64,000 nucleotides of DNA from an uncultured Clostridia bacterium (GTDB taxonomy: Bacteria; Bacillota; Clostridia; TANB77; CAG-508). Both the position numbers and the translations under genes were made by a program. Shown piece by piece: positions 1 to 9,459 of the stretch; positions within the stretch are counted from its first letter, which is position 1; every line of letters starts with the position of its first letter. Below the pieces are notes generated by a model that saw only the letters and a list, made by a program, of their open reading frames with translations, ran no database searches and was not told the origin of the DNA. The DNA is taken from NCBI GenBank assembly GCA_934167305.1, contig CAKPKQ010000005.1:952-64951 (forward strand). The letters run 5' to 3'.

Positions 1-91
1 CTCCCTTCAAATTTATAATTTAATTACATGGTTATTATATATATAAAATTTATTTTATTCAACTAAAAATTTAAGTTTTCATCATTTAGGC

Positions 92-126
92 ACAAAAAAT
101 ATACAGTTTAAAATTAAACTGTATAT
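92..126 (-). terminator. Rho-independent terminator downstream of the 134..2035 gene
   Basis: Perfect 12-bp stem atatacagttta/taaactgtatat (99-126) with a 4-nt loop. On the minus strand it is followed by a T-run (plus-strand A-run 94-98). Confidence 0.7.
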
Positions 127-133
127 CTTATTT

Positions 134-2035
134 TTAATTTAAAATTGATATTTCTAATTGTTCTGCCCATTGTTTTTCTTGTTCATCATTTCCTGTATAA
201 TATAAAACACCATTTATAATAGAAAACTTATCACTTAATTTTTCATTTACTTCATCTGGATTTGTACCAATTAATGCAGTATCAATTACATCAAATGCAT
301 AACCAGCATCAGCTATATCGTTTTTTACTTTTTGTAAATTACTTGCTTTTTGTCTTAGTAATTGATCAATTTCCATAAGGTAATTTTGTGCATTTGTTAT
401 CGTTTGATCAGTTTTTAATGCATCACTTCTTGTTTTAACAGATATTCCTTTAATTCCTAATTTAACTGTATCTATCTGTTTAATATATGATAAATTTCCT
501 TGTAAAAGACTTCTATTTGCTACATTACAATACTTTAACTCTCTTTCAATTTCTTCAACTAATGCATCTATTTCATCTTGTATTGCTTGTCTGCCAGAAT
601 CTGTGTTAGTATCATTTGCTGCTTGTATTGTAAGTTCTTGCATTCTTAATAAACAACTGTCAACTTCATCAATTGCTCCTCTTGCAATTGTTATAAATCC
701 TATTGTTGTATTCCATGAATTTGCATTTGCTGTTGCTGTTTCTTTATCAGCTGTAGCTTCATATCTTTTATCTAACTGTTTTTCATATTCTTCTTCTATT
801 TTATTTTGTTTTGTTCCAAGTTTTTCTCTTTCTTTGCTTACTTTTTCTAATGCTGTTTGTATATTTGTAATAGCTTCGACTGGTTTTGTATAATCTATTT
901 TATCTGTACCATAAATTGATTTCCAATCCATACTATTTATAGAAACTGATACATTGTTCCCTTCATCATATGTAAAACCAATTTGTACATCCGCATTTAG
1001 GCTTCCATCTAGTAATGTTTTATTATCAAATTTTGTGTTTTTAACTATTGTGTTTATTTCATCTTTAAGTTGTTCCATTTCATTTTTTAACTTTTCTTTA
1101 TCAGAATCTGTTAAATTAGTACCGTTAGCCCATTGTGTCATAAGTTCATGCATTCTTTGTAACATTGAATGTGTTTCAACAAGTGCTCCTTCTGCCGTTT
1201 TTACCATTGATATGCCATCTCTTGCACTATATGCACCTGTAGCTAAAGTTACTTGTCTATAACTAAAAACATAGTTTGCTAAATCATATATATTACTATT
1301 TAATTCATCAATGTAATTAACTGTATGTTCTAATCTGTTTTGTTTTGCCCCAAGACTTGATCTTTGCTGTGAAACCTTTTCTAATGCTTTGTCAATCTTG
1401 TCTAAAGAATCTTGTGAAAGAGTATAATCAATATCATCTTCTCCATAAATGCCTTTCCATCCCATATTACTTATTGAAATTTCCATACTTCCCTGACTAT
1501 TGATTGAATCTCCAAGTTGAACTGTAGATTTATATGTTCCATCTAAAAGTTTTTGATTATCAAACATAGTAGTTTCTGCTATAAGGTTTATCTCATCTTT
1601 AAGTTGACTCATTTCATTTTTTATATTTTTAATATCTTCATCAGTAAAAGTATTATTTAAATATTGAGTCATAAGTTCTCTCATTCTTTGTAATATAGAA
1701 CTTGTTTCACCAAGTGCGCCTTCTGCTGTTTGTATTAAAGATATGTTGTCTTTTGCTTTCATTGCTGCTTTTTCATATGTTCTCATTTGAGCTTCTAATT
1801 TATCGCCTAGGTCTGTTATATGATTAACTTTAATTACTTGTTGACTTTTAGCACCTGCTTTTACATATGCTTTTTCTTTGTAACTTCCTGCTTCCATTTT
1901 AAATTTAGCTTCTTGTGATTTACTTACAAGCCCTTTGTTTGAAACCATAGTATTTATTGTTACTGATGCAAGTACAAGTAATACTATAATTGTTATTACT
2001 AAAGCTAATAAAGTTATACCTCTTTGTTCTTTCAT
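134..2035 (-). CDS. Pilin-like leader/hydrophobic helix fused to three flagellin D1-type modules (no D0), plus a conserved C-terminal YYTG domain
   Basis: N-terminus is MKEQRG|ITLLALVITIIVLLVLA. There are three copies of the flagellin N-type motif (SLIQTAEGALGETSSILQRMRELMTQ; SMVKTAEGALVETHSMLQRMHELMTQ; IARGAIDEVDSCLLRMQELTIQ). Flagellin C-type motifs are also present (SSLGAKQNRLEHTVNYIDEL; KLGTKQNKIEE). Confidence 0.8.
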   Translation of the reverse strand: MKEQRGITLLALVITIIVLLVLASVTINTMVSNKGLVSKSQEAKFKMEAGSYKEKAYVKAGAKSQQVIKVNHITDLGDKLEAQMRTYEKAAMKAKDNISLIQTAEGALGETSSILQRMRELMTQYLNNTFTDEDIKNIKNEMSQLKDEINLIAETTMFDNQKLLDGTYKSTVQLGDSINSQGSMEISISNMGWKGIYGEDDIDYTLSQDSLDKIDKALEKVSQQRSSLGAKQNRLEHTVNYIDELNSNIYDLANYVFSYRQVTLATGAYSARDGISMVKTAEGALVETHSMLQRMHELMTQWANGTNLTDSDKEKLKNEMEQLKDEINTIVKNTKFDNKTLLDGSLNADVQIGFTYDEGNNVSVSINSMDWKSIYGTDKIDYTKPVEAITNIQTALEKVSKEREKLGTKQNKIEEEYEKQLDKRYEATADKETATANANSWNTTIGFITIARGAIDEVDSCLLRMQELTIQAANDTNTDSGRQAIQDEIDALVEEIERELKYCNVANRSLLQGNLSYIKQIDTVKLGIKGISVKTRSDALKTDQTITNAQNYLMEIDQLLRQKASNLQKVKNDIADAGYAFDVIDTALIGTNPDEVNEKLSDKFSIINGVLYYTGNDEQEKQWAEQLEISILN

Positions 2036-2096
2036 TTTGTACCTCTTTTCCTCTTTTGAATTTTGTATTTTTAAATAATATCAAACTTAAATATTA

Positions 2097-3707
2097 TTAT
2101 TGTTTAATTTGTATATTAAGCTCTTGAGCCCATTTTTTTTCAAGTTCATTTGTACCTGTATAATATAAGATTCCATTTTCAATTGCGAATTTACTGTTTA
2201 TTACTCCATCTATGTCCATTTTTTCTGTTTGTTCTGATTTTTTACCATCATTTACTATATCAAATGCATAGCCAGGATCAGCTTTTTGGTCTTTTATTTC
2301 TTCCAAGCTATTCATTCGATTTCCTAAGTTTCCTTTAACCTTAGATATATATTCTATCGCATCACTTATTAGTTTTTTGGCTTTTCTTGCATCTTTTCTT
2401 GTTGAAACAGATAAATTAGATATACCTAGTTTATTTGTATCAATTTTTTCAACATATTGTAAATCCCCTTGTAAAAGATTTCTGTTTGCTACAATACAGC
2501 AAGAAAATTGTCTATCAAGTTCTTTGATTAGTTCATCTATTTCAAGTTGTATCACTTCTCTATCTTTATCTTCAAGTATGTCATTATCAGCTTGTACTGA
2601 AATTTCATACATTCTTTGTAACATAGAATGTGGTTCATTAAGTGCGCCTTCTGCTATTTGTACAAACCTCAATGTTGTTTCCCATGATGTTGCCATTTTT
2701 ATTGCATTATCTTCGCTATTATATCCTGTACTCAACTCTTCTTCTGCATTTAGGTCATTGTTTTGATATCTTTCCATTGCTTCTGCCATATTTGTATCAA
2801 ATATACTACTTTCTAACGATGTAACATTTTCACATACATTATCTATATATGAAATAGTATGTTCAAGTCTATTTAATAGTGCTCCTAATTTTTGCTTTTG
2901 TTTTAATACTTTTGCCATAGCATTTTTAATTTTTTCAGTAAGTTCTGTTAAATTTTTATAATCTATTTCATCTGCTCCATATAATTCTTTCCATTTTACA
3001 CTATCAATTGCAAATGTTATGCTTCCTTGTTTACTTGCTTCTCCTCCTAGTTGTATATCAAAGCTTTCTCCCTTTAATATGTTTATAGAATTGAATTGTG
3101 TTGTTTCTGCAGCTCTATCTATTTCTGTTTTAAGTTGATCCATTTCATATTTAAATGCATTTATCTCTTCTGCATCTGTCTTATATGTCATTTCAACAGC
3201 AACAATTTCGTACATTCTACTTAAAAAGCTTCTATCAGTTTCTCTAAGTTCTTTTTTTAGTTGTTCCATCTGAGCTTCTAATGCTTTTATATCTTCTTCT
3301 GTATTTGATTTATCTGTCATTGAAATTGCAATATATCTCATATTTTCTAATAATCCAATATCTGATTCGTTGTATATTTCATTAAGTGTTCCATCTGCAA
3401 CTTGTATAAGACTTATAGCATCTTCTGCATTGGTTGACCCTTGTGCAAGTGTCCTTATTTGACCTCTAAGTATTTCTCTTATTGCCCATATATGGTTATA
3501 ATCTGTTGTTTCTTGGCCTTGTGGAACTTTTGTAGGTTGCGTTCTTTCTTTATATGTAGTTGCTTCCATTTTAAACTTTGCTTCTTGTGATTTTCTTACA
3601 AGTCCATCATCTGAAACTATAGTATTAATTGTAACTGCCGCTAATATTAGCATTACAACAATTGTTATTACCAGAGCTAATAATGTTATTCCACTTTGTT
3701 TTTTCAT
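2097..3707 (-). CDS. Paralog of 134..2035: pilin-like leader/helix plus two flagellin D1-type modules and the same C-terminal domain
   Basis: N-terminus is MKKQSG|ITLLALVITIVVMLILA. Flagellin-type motifs: ISLIQVADGTLNE, VQIAEGALNEPHSMLQRMYEISVQ and KLGALLNRLEHTISYIDNVCENVTSLESSIFDTNMAEAME. The C-terminal tail (GILYYTGTNELEKKWAQEL) is shared with the neighbouring gene. Confidence 0.8.
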   Translation of the reverse strand: MKKQSGITLLALVITIVVMLILAAVTINTIVSDDGLVRKSQEAKFKMEATTYKERTQPTKVPQGQETTDYNHIWAIREILRGQIRTLAQGSTNAEDAISLIQVADGTLNEIYNESDIGLLENMRYIAISMTDKSNTEEDIKALEAQMEQLKKELRETDRSFLSRMYEIVAVEMTYKTDAEEINAFKYEMDQLKTEIDRAAETTQFNSINILKGESFDIQLGGEASKQGSITFAIDSVKWKELYGADEIDYKNLTELTEKIKNAMAKVLKQKQKLGALLNRLEHTISYIDNVCENVTSLESSIFDTNMAEAMERYQNNDLNAEEELSTGYNSEDNAIKMATSWETTLRFVQIAEGALNEPHSMLQRMYEISVQADNDILEDKDREVIQLEIDELIKELDRQFSCCIVANRNLLQGDLQYVEKIDTNKLGISNLSVSTRKDARKAKKLISDAIEYISKVKGNLGNRMNSLEEIKDQKADPGYAFDIVNDGKKSEQTEKMDIDGVINSKFAIENGILYYTGTNELEKKWAQELNIQIKQ

Positions 3708-3812
3708 TTTGCATTTCCTCTCTTTTTCTTTTGAATTATATATTGTAAGAATATCACAGTCATTTTATTTTTTCAATAGTTTTTTTTGCATTTTTATGCA
3801 TTTTTTACCAAC

Positions 3813-4439
3813 TTATTTTGTTCCAAAAATTCTATCTCCTGCATCACCTAGTCCTGGCACTATATACTTGTTTTCATTTAAATGATCATCTATATGTGCA
3901 CAATATATTGGTACATCTGGATGTTCTTTTTGTACTCTTTCAATTCCTTCTGGTGCTGCAATTATACATAAAAATTTCATTTTTTTAACACCTTTACTTT
4001 TTAAAAGTTCTATTGCATCAACTGCTGAACCACCTGTTGCAAGCATTGGGTCCAGTATAATTACTTCCTTTTCTTCAATATGTTTTGGAACCTTAAAAAA
4101 GTAGTTTACAGGTTCAAATGTCTTTTCATCTCTGTACATTCCAATATGTCCAATTTTGGCATTTGGTATTACTCTTGTTATTCCATCAAGCATTCCCATT
4201 CCTGCTCTTAATATTGGAACAAATGCATATTTGTCTTCATTTAGCTTACCTGTTTTTAATTTTGTTATAGGTGTTTCAATTTCCACCTCTTCTAATTCCG
4301 CTTCTTTCATTGCTTCATAGCACAAAAACATTGCTATTTCACTAACTAATTCTCTAAATTCTTTTGTTCCTGTCTTTTTATCTCTTAATATTGCTAATTT
4401 ATGTTCAATTAATGGGTGTTTTAATTCTTTTACTTTCAT
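3813..4439 (-). CDS. upp: Uracil phosphoribosyltransferase
   Basis: 208 aa, full-length Upp-like sequence ([13 protein letters not shown]..., [14 protein letters not shown]-binding loop, [12 protein letters not shown]). Confidence 0.95.
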   Translation of the reverse strand: MKVKELKHPLIEHKLAILRDKKTGTKEFRELVSEIAMFLCYEAMKEAELEEVEIETPITKLKTGKLNEDKYAFVPILRAGMGMLDGITRVIPNAKIGHIGMYRDEKTFEPVNYFFKVPKHIEEKEVIILDPMLATGGSAVDAIELLKSKGVKKMKFLCIIAAPEGIERVQKEHPDVPIYCAHIDDHLNENKYIVPGLGDAGDRIFGTK

Positions 4440-4460
4440 ACAATCTTCTCTCTTTCTTTA

Positions 4461-5795
4461 TTATACTTTCATTGTTTCTTTTTTGGCTTCTGCTGATTCT
4501 ATTTTCTTTTTTTCTTCTTTATTATTTGGTATGCAAAGGTTTAATAATATTCCAACTACTGCTGCTAAACTCATCCCTGAAATTGTAATTGAAAAGTCAC
4601 CATTTACAATAGATATTGCTGCTCCACCTAACCCCAGTACTAGCATTGTTGAAGCAACAACTACATTTTTAGGATCTTCAAAATTCATTTGTTTTTGAAT
4701 AAGTACTTTTAAACCATTTACTGATATAAATCCATATAAAAGTAATGATACCCCTCCTAATACTGGTTGTGGTATACTTGAAACTATTGCTGTAAATTTT
4801 CCTAAAAAGCCCAAGCATATAGCAATAATCGCTGCTAATCCAATTACCCAAACAGATGCAATCTTTGTCATTCCTACAACAGAAGTATTTTCTCCATATG
4901 TAGTATTTGCTGGTCCTCCTAATGCTCCTGCTACAAATGTTGCTATACCGTCTCCAAGTAAAGTTTTATCTAATCCAGGATTTTTTAATAAATCTTTATT
5001 TATAATTGTACTTAATGCAGTGTGATCTCCAATATGTTCTGCCATTGTTACTAATGCAATTGGTGCAATTGTTAATACTGTTCCAAAATTTAAGGCATAA
5101 TCTTTAAATGGTAATATAAAATTAGGTAGACTAAAGAAGCCCTCTTCTGCCACCTGTGTAAAGTCTACTAATCCTAAGCATATTGATAATACATATCCAC
5201 TTACAATTCCAACTAAAAATGGAATTATTTTTAAAAATCCTTTTGCTTTTGTCATTACAATTGCTGTTACTAAAAATGATACTGTTGCTACTAATATGCC
5301 TTTCCATTCAAATGCTGTTCCTGATGATAAGCCAATTTGTGATATAGCACTTGGTGCTAGACTTAACCCTATAATCATTATCATTGGACCAATAACAATA
5401 GGTGGTAATAATTTATCAAGCCAACCTTTGCCTGTAAAATGTATAATTGTTGCTACTATTACATAAATTAAACCAACTGCCATAATTCCTGTCATTGTTC
5501 CAGATATTCCGCCTTTTAGAAATGCTGCTGCCATTGGCGTAATAAATGCAAAAGAACTGCCTAAATATACTGGTGATTTTCCTCTAGTACATAATATGTA
5601 AATTAGTGTTCCTATTCCTGATGTTACTAATGCAACTGGTATTGTAAGTACTGTTTCTCCTGCTGATGAGTTAACAAGTATTGGCACTAAAATTGTTGCC
5701 CCAAACATTGCAAACACATGTTGAATTGCTAGTATAATCCATTTGCCAATTGTTGGTTTTTCGTTAACGTCTAAAATCATTTTGCTTTGATTCAT
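4461..5795 (-). CDS. pyrP: Uracil/xanthine permease, NCS2 family
   Basis: 444 aa polytopic membrane protein with NCS2-type motifs (QHVFAMFGATILVP, TTYGENTSVVGMT). Immediately upstream of upp in the same orientation. Confidence 0.9.
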   Translation of the reverse strand: MNQSKMILDVNEKPTIGKWIILAIQHVFAMFGATILVPILVNSSAGETVLTIPVALVTSGIGTLIYILCTRGKSPVYLGSSFAFITPMAAAFLKGGISGTMTGIMAVGLIYVIVATIIHFTGKGWLDKLLPPIVIGPMIMIIGLSLAPSAISQIGLSSGTAFEWKGILVATVSFLVTAIVMTKAKGFLKIIPFLVGIVSGYVLSICLGLVDFTQVAEEGFFSLPNFILPFKDYALNFGTVLTIAPIALVTMAEHIGDHTALSTIINKDLLKNPGLDKTLLGDGIATFVAGALGGPANTTYGENTSVVGMTKIASVWVIGLAAIIAICLGFLGKFTAIVSSIPQPVLGGVSLLLYGFISVNGLKVLIQKQMNFEDPKNVVVASTMLVLGLGGAAISIVNGDFSITISGMSLAAVVGILLNLCIPNNKEEKKKIESAEAKKETMKV

Positions 5796-5823
5796 AAAAA
5801 AATCCTCCTTCTAATTTTAGGTA

Positions 5824-5858
5824 CAAAAAAAACACTAATAGTAATTTTAGTGTTTTTT
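5824..5858 (-). terminator. Intrinsic terminator or attenuator in the leader about 25 nt upstream of the pyrP start
   Basis: The minus strand reads aaaaaacactaa-aattacta-ttagtgtttttttt. The stem is followed by a T-run and lies between a promoter-like TTGCAT-17-TAATAT (about 5980-6010) and the pyrP SD. Confidence 0.55.
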
Positions 5859-5969
5859 GATTTTTAAAATATATGTATTAGAAAAAATAGAGATTATAAA
5901 AACAGCAATTGCATGAATTGCTTGTTTTGATTTAGTAAATTTCATTCTATTTTTTAAATAATTTGTCAT
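5847..5969 (-). CDS. Possible 40-aa small membrane peptide or leader ORF (below the ORF-track cutoff)
   Basis: An ATG is preceded by agagg 9 nt upstream. Translation: MTNYLKNRMKFTKSKQAIHAIAVFIISIFSNTYILKIKKH. The stop codon lies inside the terminator stem. Confidence 0.25.
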   Translation of the reverse strand: MTNYLKNRMKFTKSKQAIHAIAVFIISIFSNTYILKIKKH

Positions 5970-6033
5970 TTCTTGTACCTCTTTCGAAAAATATTACTAT
6001 AGTTTCGAAAAAAATGCAATAGTTTTTTTATAA

Positions 6034-6225
6034 TTATATGTTAAAATATACAATTAATGCTCCTACTATTGAAAATATAAAACCAAATATTTTTAAACCT
6101 GCTGAGCCTTCATTTTGATCACCAAAGCTAAACATTTTTTTAGTTATTATTCTTGCGTCAAATATACAAATTACACCAACTGTTGCTATGACTAATCCAA
6201 TTATTATTAAGATTATGTTTTTCAT
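6034..6225 (-). CDS. Small two-TM membrane protein, hypothetical
   Basis: 63-aa ORF with two hydrophobic segments. No recognisable family. Confidence 0.5.
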   Translation of the reverse strand: MKNIILIIIGLVIATVGVICIFDARIITKKMFSFGDQNEGSAGLKIFGFIFSIVGALIVYFNI

Positions 6226-6251
6226 GTTTTTATTCCTTTCTTAATAAGCAT

Positions 6252-7121
6252 TTAGAAAAACTCTACAGTATATTTACATTCAAATAAAGCATTTGGTTTT
6301 AGTGAAATAATATCTTGCTTTTGTGTGAATACTCCTGTACTTTTTACACTATCTGCTGTTGAATACCATGGTTCAATACATATAAACGGAGCATTTGGTT
6401 TTGACCAAATTGCCAAATATGGAAAACCCGTAAAGTCCATAGTTAATAGTGTTTTTCCACTTGCTTTATTTTTTAAACTAATTTTATTTGATGTAATCCC
6501 TTTCATTATTAATGCATCATTGTCAAATGTATGTGAATCAATCAAAATTTTTCTTTTATCTACTATTCTATCTTTTGCATAATCTATTCCGACTAAGCCA
6601 TCAACTAAGTATAAGAAATGAATTTTGTCTTCATCTTCTTCAAATTCTAGGTAATAATTGCCTTTTCTTAATTCTTGTATATCTATTTTAAAAGCAGGAT
6701 GTCCACCTATTCCAAATGGTAAATTTATTAATCCTGTATTTACAACTCTATATATTGTAGTAAGTTTGTTTTCCTCTGTACGATATGTATTATATAACTC
6801 AAATTCATAAGGGTATCTTGTTAATGTGTATTTATTGCTTTTCAAAACATAAGAATGAAAGTGATCTAGTTTAGTTATTGGTTCAAAGTCTAAGTCTCTT
6901 GCAAAGCCATGTTGCATTAGTTCATATGTTCTTCCACCTATTAATGTTTGATTTTTCTTTAGTTTGCCTACTATAGGGAATAATACTGGTGAATGTCTTT
7001 TCCAATATATTCTACCATTTTCGTCCATACATTGCTCACCTTGATGTATTTTTTCTTCACCGTTTACTTTAAAGCTTATTAATTCCCCACCTTTTTTTGA
7101 TGTTAACATTTGAGTGTACAT
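6252..7121 (-). CDS. Aldose 1-epimerase family protein (LacX-like)
   Basis: 289 aa with mutarotase-family motifs (SPVLFPIVG, HGFARD, GGHPAF). Confidence 0.8.
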   Translation of the reverse strand: MYTQMLTSKKGGELISFKVNGEEKIHQGEQCMDENGRIYWKRHSPVLFPIVGKLKKNQTLIGGRTYELMQHGFARDLDFEPITKLDHFHSYVLKSNKYTLTRYPYEFELYNTYRTEENKLTTIYRVVNTGLINLPFGIGGHPAFKIDIQELRKGNYYLEFEEDEDKIHFLYLVDGLVGIDYAKDRIVDKRKILIDSHTFDNDALIMKGITSNKISLKNKASGKTLLTMDFTGFPYLAIWSKPNAPFICIEPWYSTADSVKSTGVFTQKQDIISLKPNALFECKYTVEFF

Positions 7122-7196
7122 AGGCTACTCCTTTCTTGATTAATACAGTATATATAATATTGCTTTTTTATGTAAATGTCAATATTTTAGGCTTAA

Positions 7197-9260
7197 TTAC
7201 AACGAAACGCTTTGTTTTAATTTATTATCTACTAATTTTCTTAACCTTTCATTTTTTGGTTGTGTTAATCCTTTATCTTCACTTTCAATTTTTAAAGCTA
7301 CACTTTGCACTGATTTTAGCATTGGCATATCAACAAATAAGTTTGCTATTTTGAATTCCGGAATTCCATGTTGCCTTGTTCCAAAAAATTCTCCTGTTCC
7401 TCTTAATTCCAAATCTTTTTCTGCAATAACAAATCCATCATTTGTTTCTTGCATTGTTTTCATTCTTTCTTTTCCTATCTGTGAGCATTTACTATTATAT
7501 TTTAGTACACAATATGATTGATATTGTCCTCTTCCTACTCTTCCTCTTAATTGGTGAAGCTGTGCTAGACCAAATCTATCTGCATTTTCTACTACCATAA
7601 TATTTGCATTTGGCACATTTACCCCGACTTCTATTACTGTAGTAGATACTAGTATATCTATTTCTCCGTCTTTAAATTTTTGCATTATTTCATCTTTTTC
7701 TTTTGGTTTCATTTTTCCATACACACATTCTACTTTGTACTCTGGAAAAATTTGCTCTTTATATATTTGTGTCCATTCTTTTACAGCTTTTAAGTCTTTT
7801 GTAGTTTCATCATCTTCTTCTTTTTCTTCTACTAATGGACATACAACATATATTTGTCTTCCTTCATCAATATTCTTTTTTATAAATTTGTTTATTCTTT
7901 CTTCCATTTGTTTTGTTACAGCATATGTTTCTATTTTCTTTCTGTTTGGTGGAAGTTCATCAATTATAGATATGTCCAAATCTCCATATAGTATTAATGC
8001 CAATGTTCTTGGAATTGGTGTTGCTGTCATTACTAATGTGTCTGGATTATTGCCTTTTGCTGCAATTGCAGTTCTCTGCTTTACTCCAAATCTGTGTTGT
8101 TCATCTGTTACTACTAAGCCTAAATTTTTAAATGTTACATTTTCTGTTATTAGTGCATGTGTACCAATTAGCACATCTATTTCTCCATTTTGTAATCTTT
8201 CTAATATATTCTTTTTATTTTTTGCAGTTGTTGCTCCTAATAAAAGTTCACATTTTATTCCTAACGGTTCTAGTATTTTGCTAAATTCTTCCATATGTTG
8301 TGTTGCAAGTATTGCTGTTGGTGCCATTATAGCCACTTGATAGCCTGATTTTACTGCTTTATATGCAGATATAATGCTTATTACTGTTTTACCTGAGCCA
8401 ACATCTCCTTGTAATAGTCTATTCATTGGTTTTTCTGATTCCATGTCTGAGTCAATTTCTTCTAATACTCTTAATTGGGCTTTTGTTAGTTTAAATGGTA
8501 ATGTGTTTATTACATCTGACATTTTTGCGTTTTTGTCAAATGAAATTCCTTTGTTTTTTTCACTGTTTCCTTTTAGTTCTAGTAAAGCAAGTTGCATTGT
8601 TAATAGTTCTTCAAATACTAGTCGTTTTCTTGCTTGCATTCTATGTTCTACATCTGTTGGGAAATGTATTTGTTCTAAACTATTTTGTAAATCTAATAAA
8701 TTATATTCTTTTAAAAGGTAATCTGGTAAAGTTTCTTCTAGCTTTCCTTTTGTCATATTTAATGCGTTCTCTATTGCTTGCCTTATAGCTGTTTGTGATA
8801 GTTTGTATGTAGTTGGGTATACTGGCATTATTTTTCCTGTATTTTTTGTTGAGTCTACTTTGTCAAATACAGGATTTCTCATTTCAAAATGATTAAATTC
8901 ATTTATTGCTTTACCAAAAAATTTATATGTTTCGCCTCTTTTTATATGTTGTTTTATATATGTTTGATTAAACCATGTTATTGTACATCTACCTGTATTG
9001 TCTTCAACTATAGTCTTTAATACAGTCATATTTCTGCGTATTCTATTTATATTTACTTCTGATACTACTTTTGCCTCAATTGTAACTTCTTCTCCATTGA
9101 TTAAGTCTGCTATGTTTTTTGTTTTACTTCTGTCTTCATAATCTCTTGGAAAATATGTAAGTAAATCTTCTAATGTGAATATATTTAAATTGTTTAGTAA
9201 TGTCACTTTAGCTGGTCCTACACTTTTTACATATTGCACATTTTGCTTTAAATCAATCAT
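7197..9260 (-). CDS. recG: ATP-dependent DNA helicase RecG
   Basis: Wedge domain plus SF2 helicase motifs (GDVGSGKT, DEQHRFG, MTATPIPRT, QLHQLRGRVGRG). The ATG at 9260 has AAGAGG 8 nt upstream. The ORF track extends to a TTG at 9278. Confidence 0.95.
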   Translation of the reverse strand: MIDLKQNVQYVKSVGPAKVTLLNNLNIFTLEDLLTYFPRDYEDRSKTKNIADLINGEEVTIEAKVVSEVNINRIRRNMTVLKTIVEDNTGRCTITWFNQTYIKQHIKRGETYKFFGKAINEFNHFEMRNPVFDKVDSTKNTGKIMPVYPTTYKLSQTAIRQAIENALNMTKGKLEETLPDYLLKEYNLLDLQNSLEQIHFPTDVEHRMQARKRLVFEELLTMQLALLELKGNSEKNKGISFDKNAKMSDVINTLPFKLTKAQLRVLEEIDSDMESEKPMNRLLQGDVGSGKTVISIISAYKAVKSGYQVAIMAPTAILATQHMEEFSKILEPLGIKCELLLGATTAKNKKNILERLQNGEIDVLIGTHALITENVTFKNLGLVVTDEQHRFGVKQRTAIAAKGNNPDTLVMTATPIPRTLALILYGDLDISIIDELPPNRKKIETYAVTKQMEERINKFIKKNIDEGRQIYVVCPLVEEKEEDDETTKDLKAVKEWTQIYKEQIFPEYKVECVYGKMKPKEKDEIMQKFKDGEIDILVSTTVIEVGVNVPNANIMVVENADRFGLAQLHQLRGRVGRGQYQSYCVLKYNSKCSQIGKERMKTMQETNDGFVIAEKDLELRGTGEFFGTRQHGIPEFKIANLFVDMPMLKSVQSVALKIESEDKGLTQPKNERLRKLVDNKLKQSVSL

Positions 9261-9336
9261 CTTACTACCTCTTATCAAAGTTTTATTTAAATTACTCTAA
9301 ACTAAATTTGCCTTAATTGAAAATCGCCAAAAAGCA

Positions 9337-9365
9337 TTGACTAAATACTAAAAAGTATGTATAAT
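9337..9365 (+). promoter_or_regulatory. Sigma-A-type promoter TTGACT-17-TATAAT
   Basis: ttgact at 9337-9342, a 17-nt spacer, and tataat at 9360-9365. Confidence 0.6.
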
Positions 9366-9371
9366 AATGAT

Positions 9372-9459
9372 ATAGGAAACAAACATACAGAATGTATGTT
9401 GCCAATATTTTAGCAAACACTACATTGCAGTATCGAAGCAAAATGTAGTGTTTTTATTT
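9372..9459 (+). ncRNA. Candidate about 88-nt sRNA, convergent with and 3'-overlapping the small peptide gene (antitoxin-like)
   Basis: It starts after the consensus promoter. A 5' hairpin aacatac-agaat-gtatgtt is present. It ends in the hairpin aacactacatt/aatgtagtgtt (9416-9452) plus a T-run, and contains no ORF. Confidence 0.4.

Noticed and set aside
603-2824. Plus-strand ORFs 603..893, 954..1262, 2150..2338, 2377..2766 and 2642..2824, antisense to the two flagellin-like genes.
   Set aside because: They have low-complexity Ser/Phe/Leu-rich translations and no SD. They lie fully inside strongly supported minus-strand genes and are typical antisense artefacts of AT-rich coding DNA.
7136-8788. 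Plus-strand ORFs 7136..7354, 7735..8340 (201 aa), 8374..8721 and 8495..8788, opposite recG.
   Set aside because: recG is unambiguous on the minus strand. The antisense translations are Ser/Phe/Ile-rich with no motifs and no start context.
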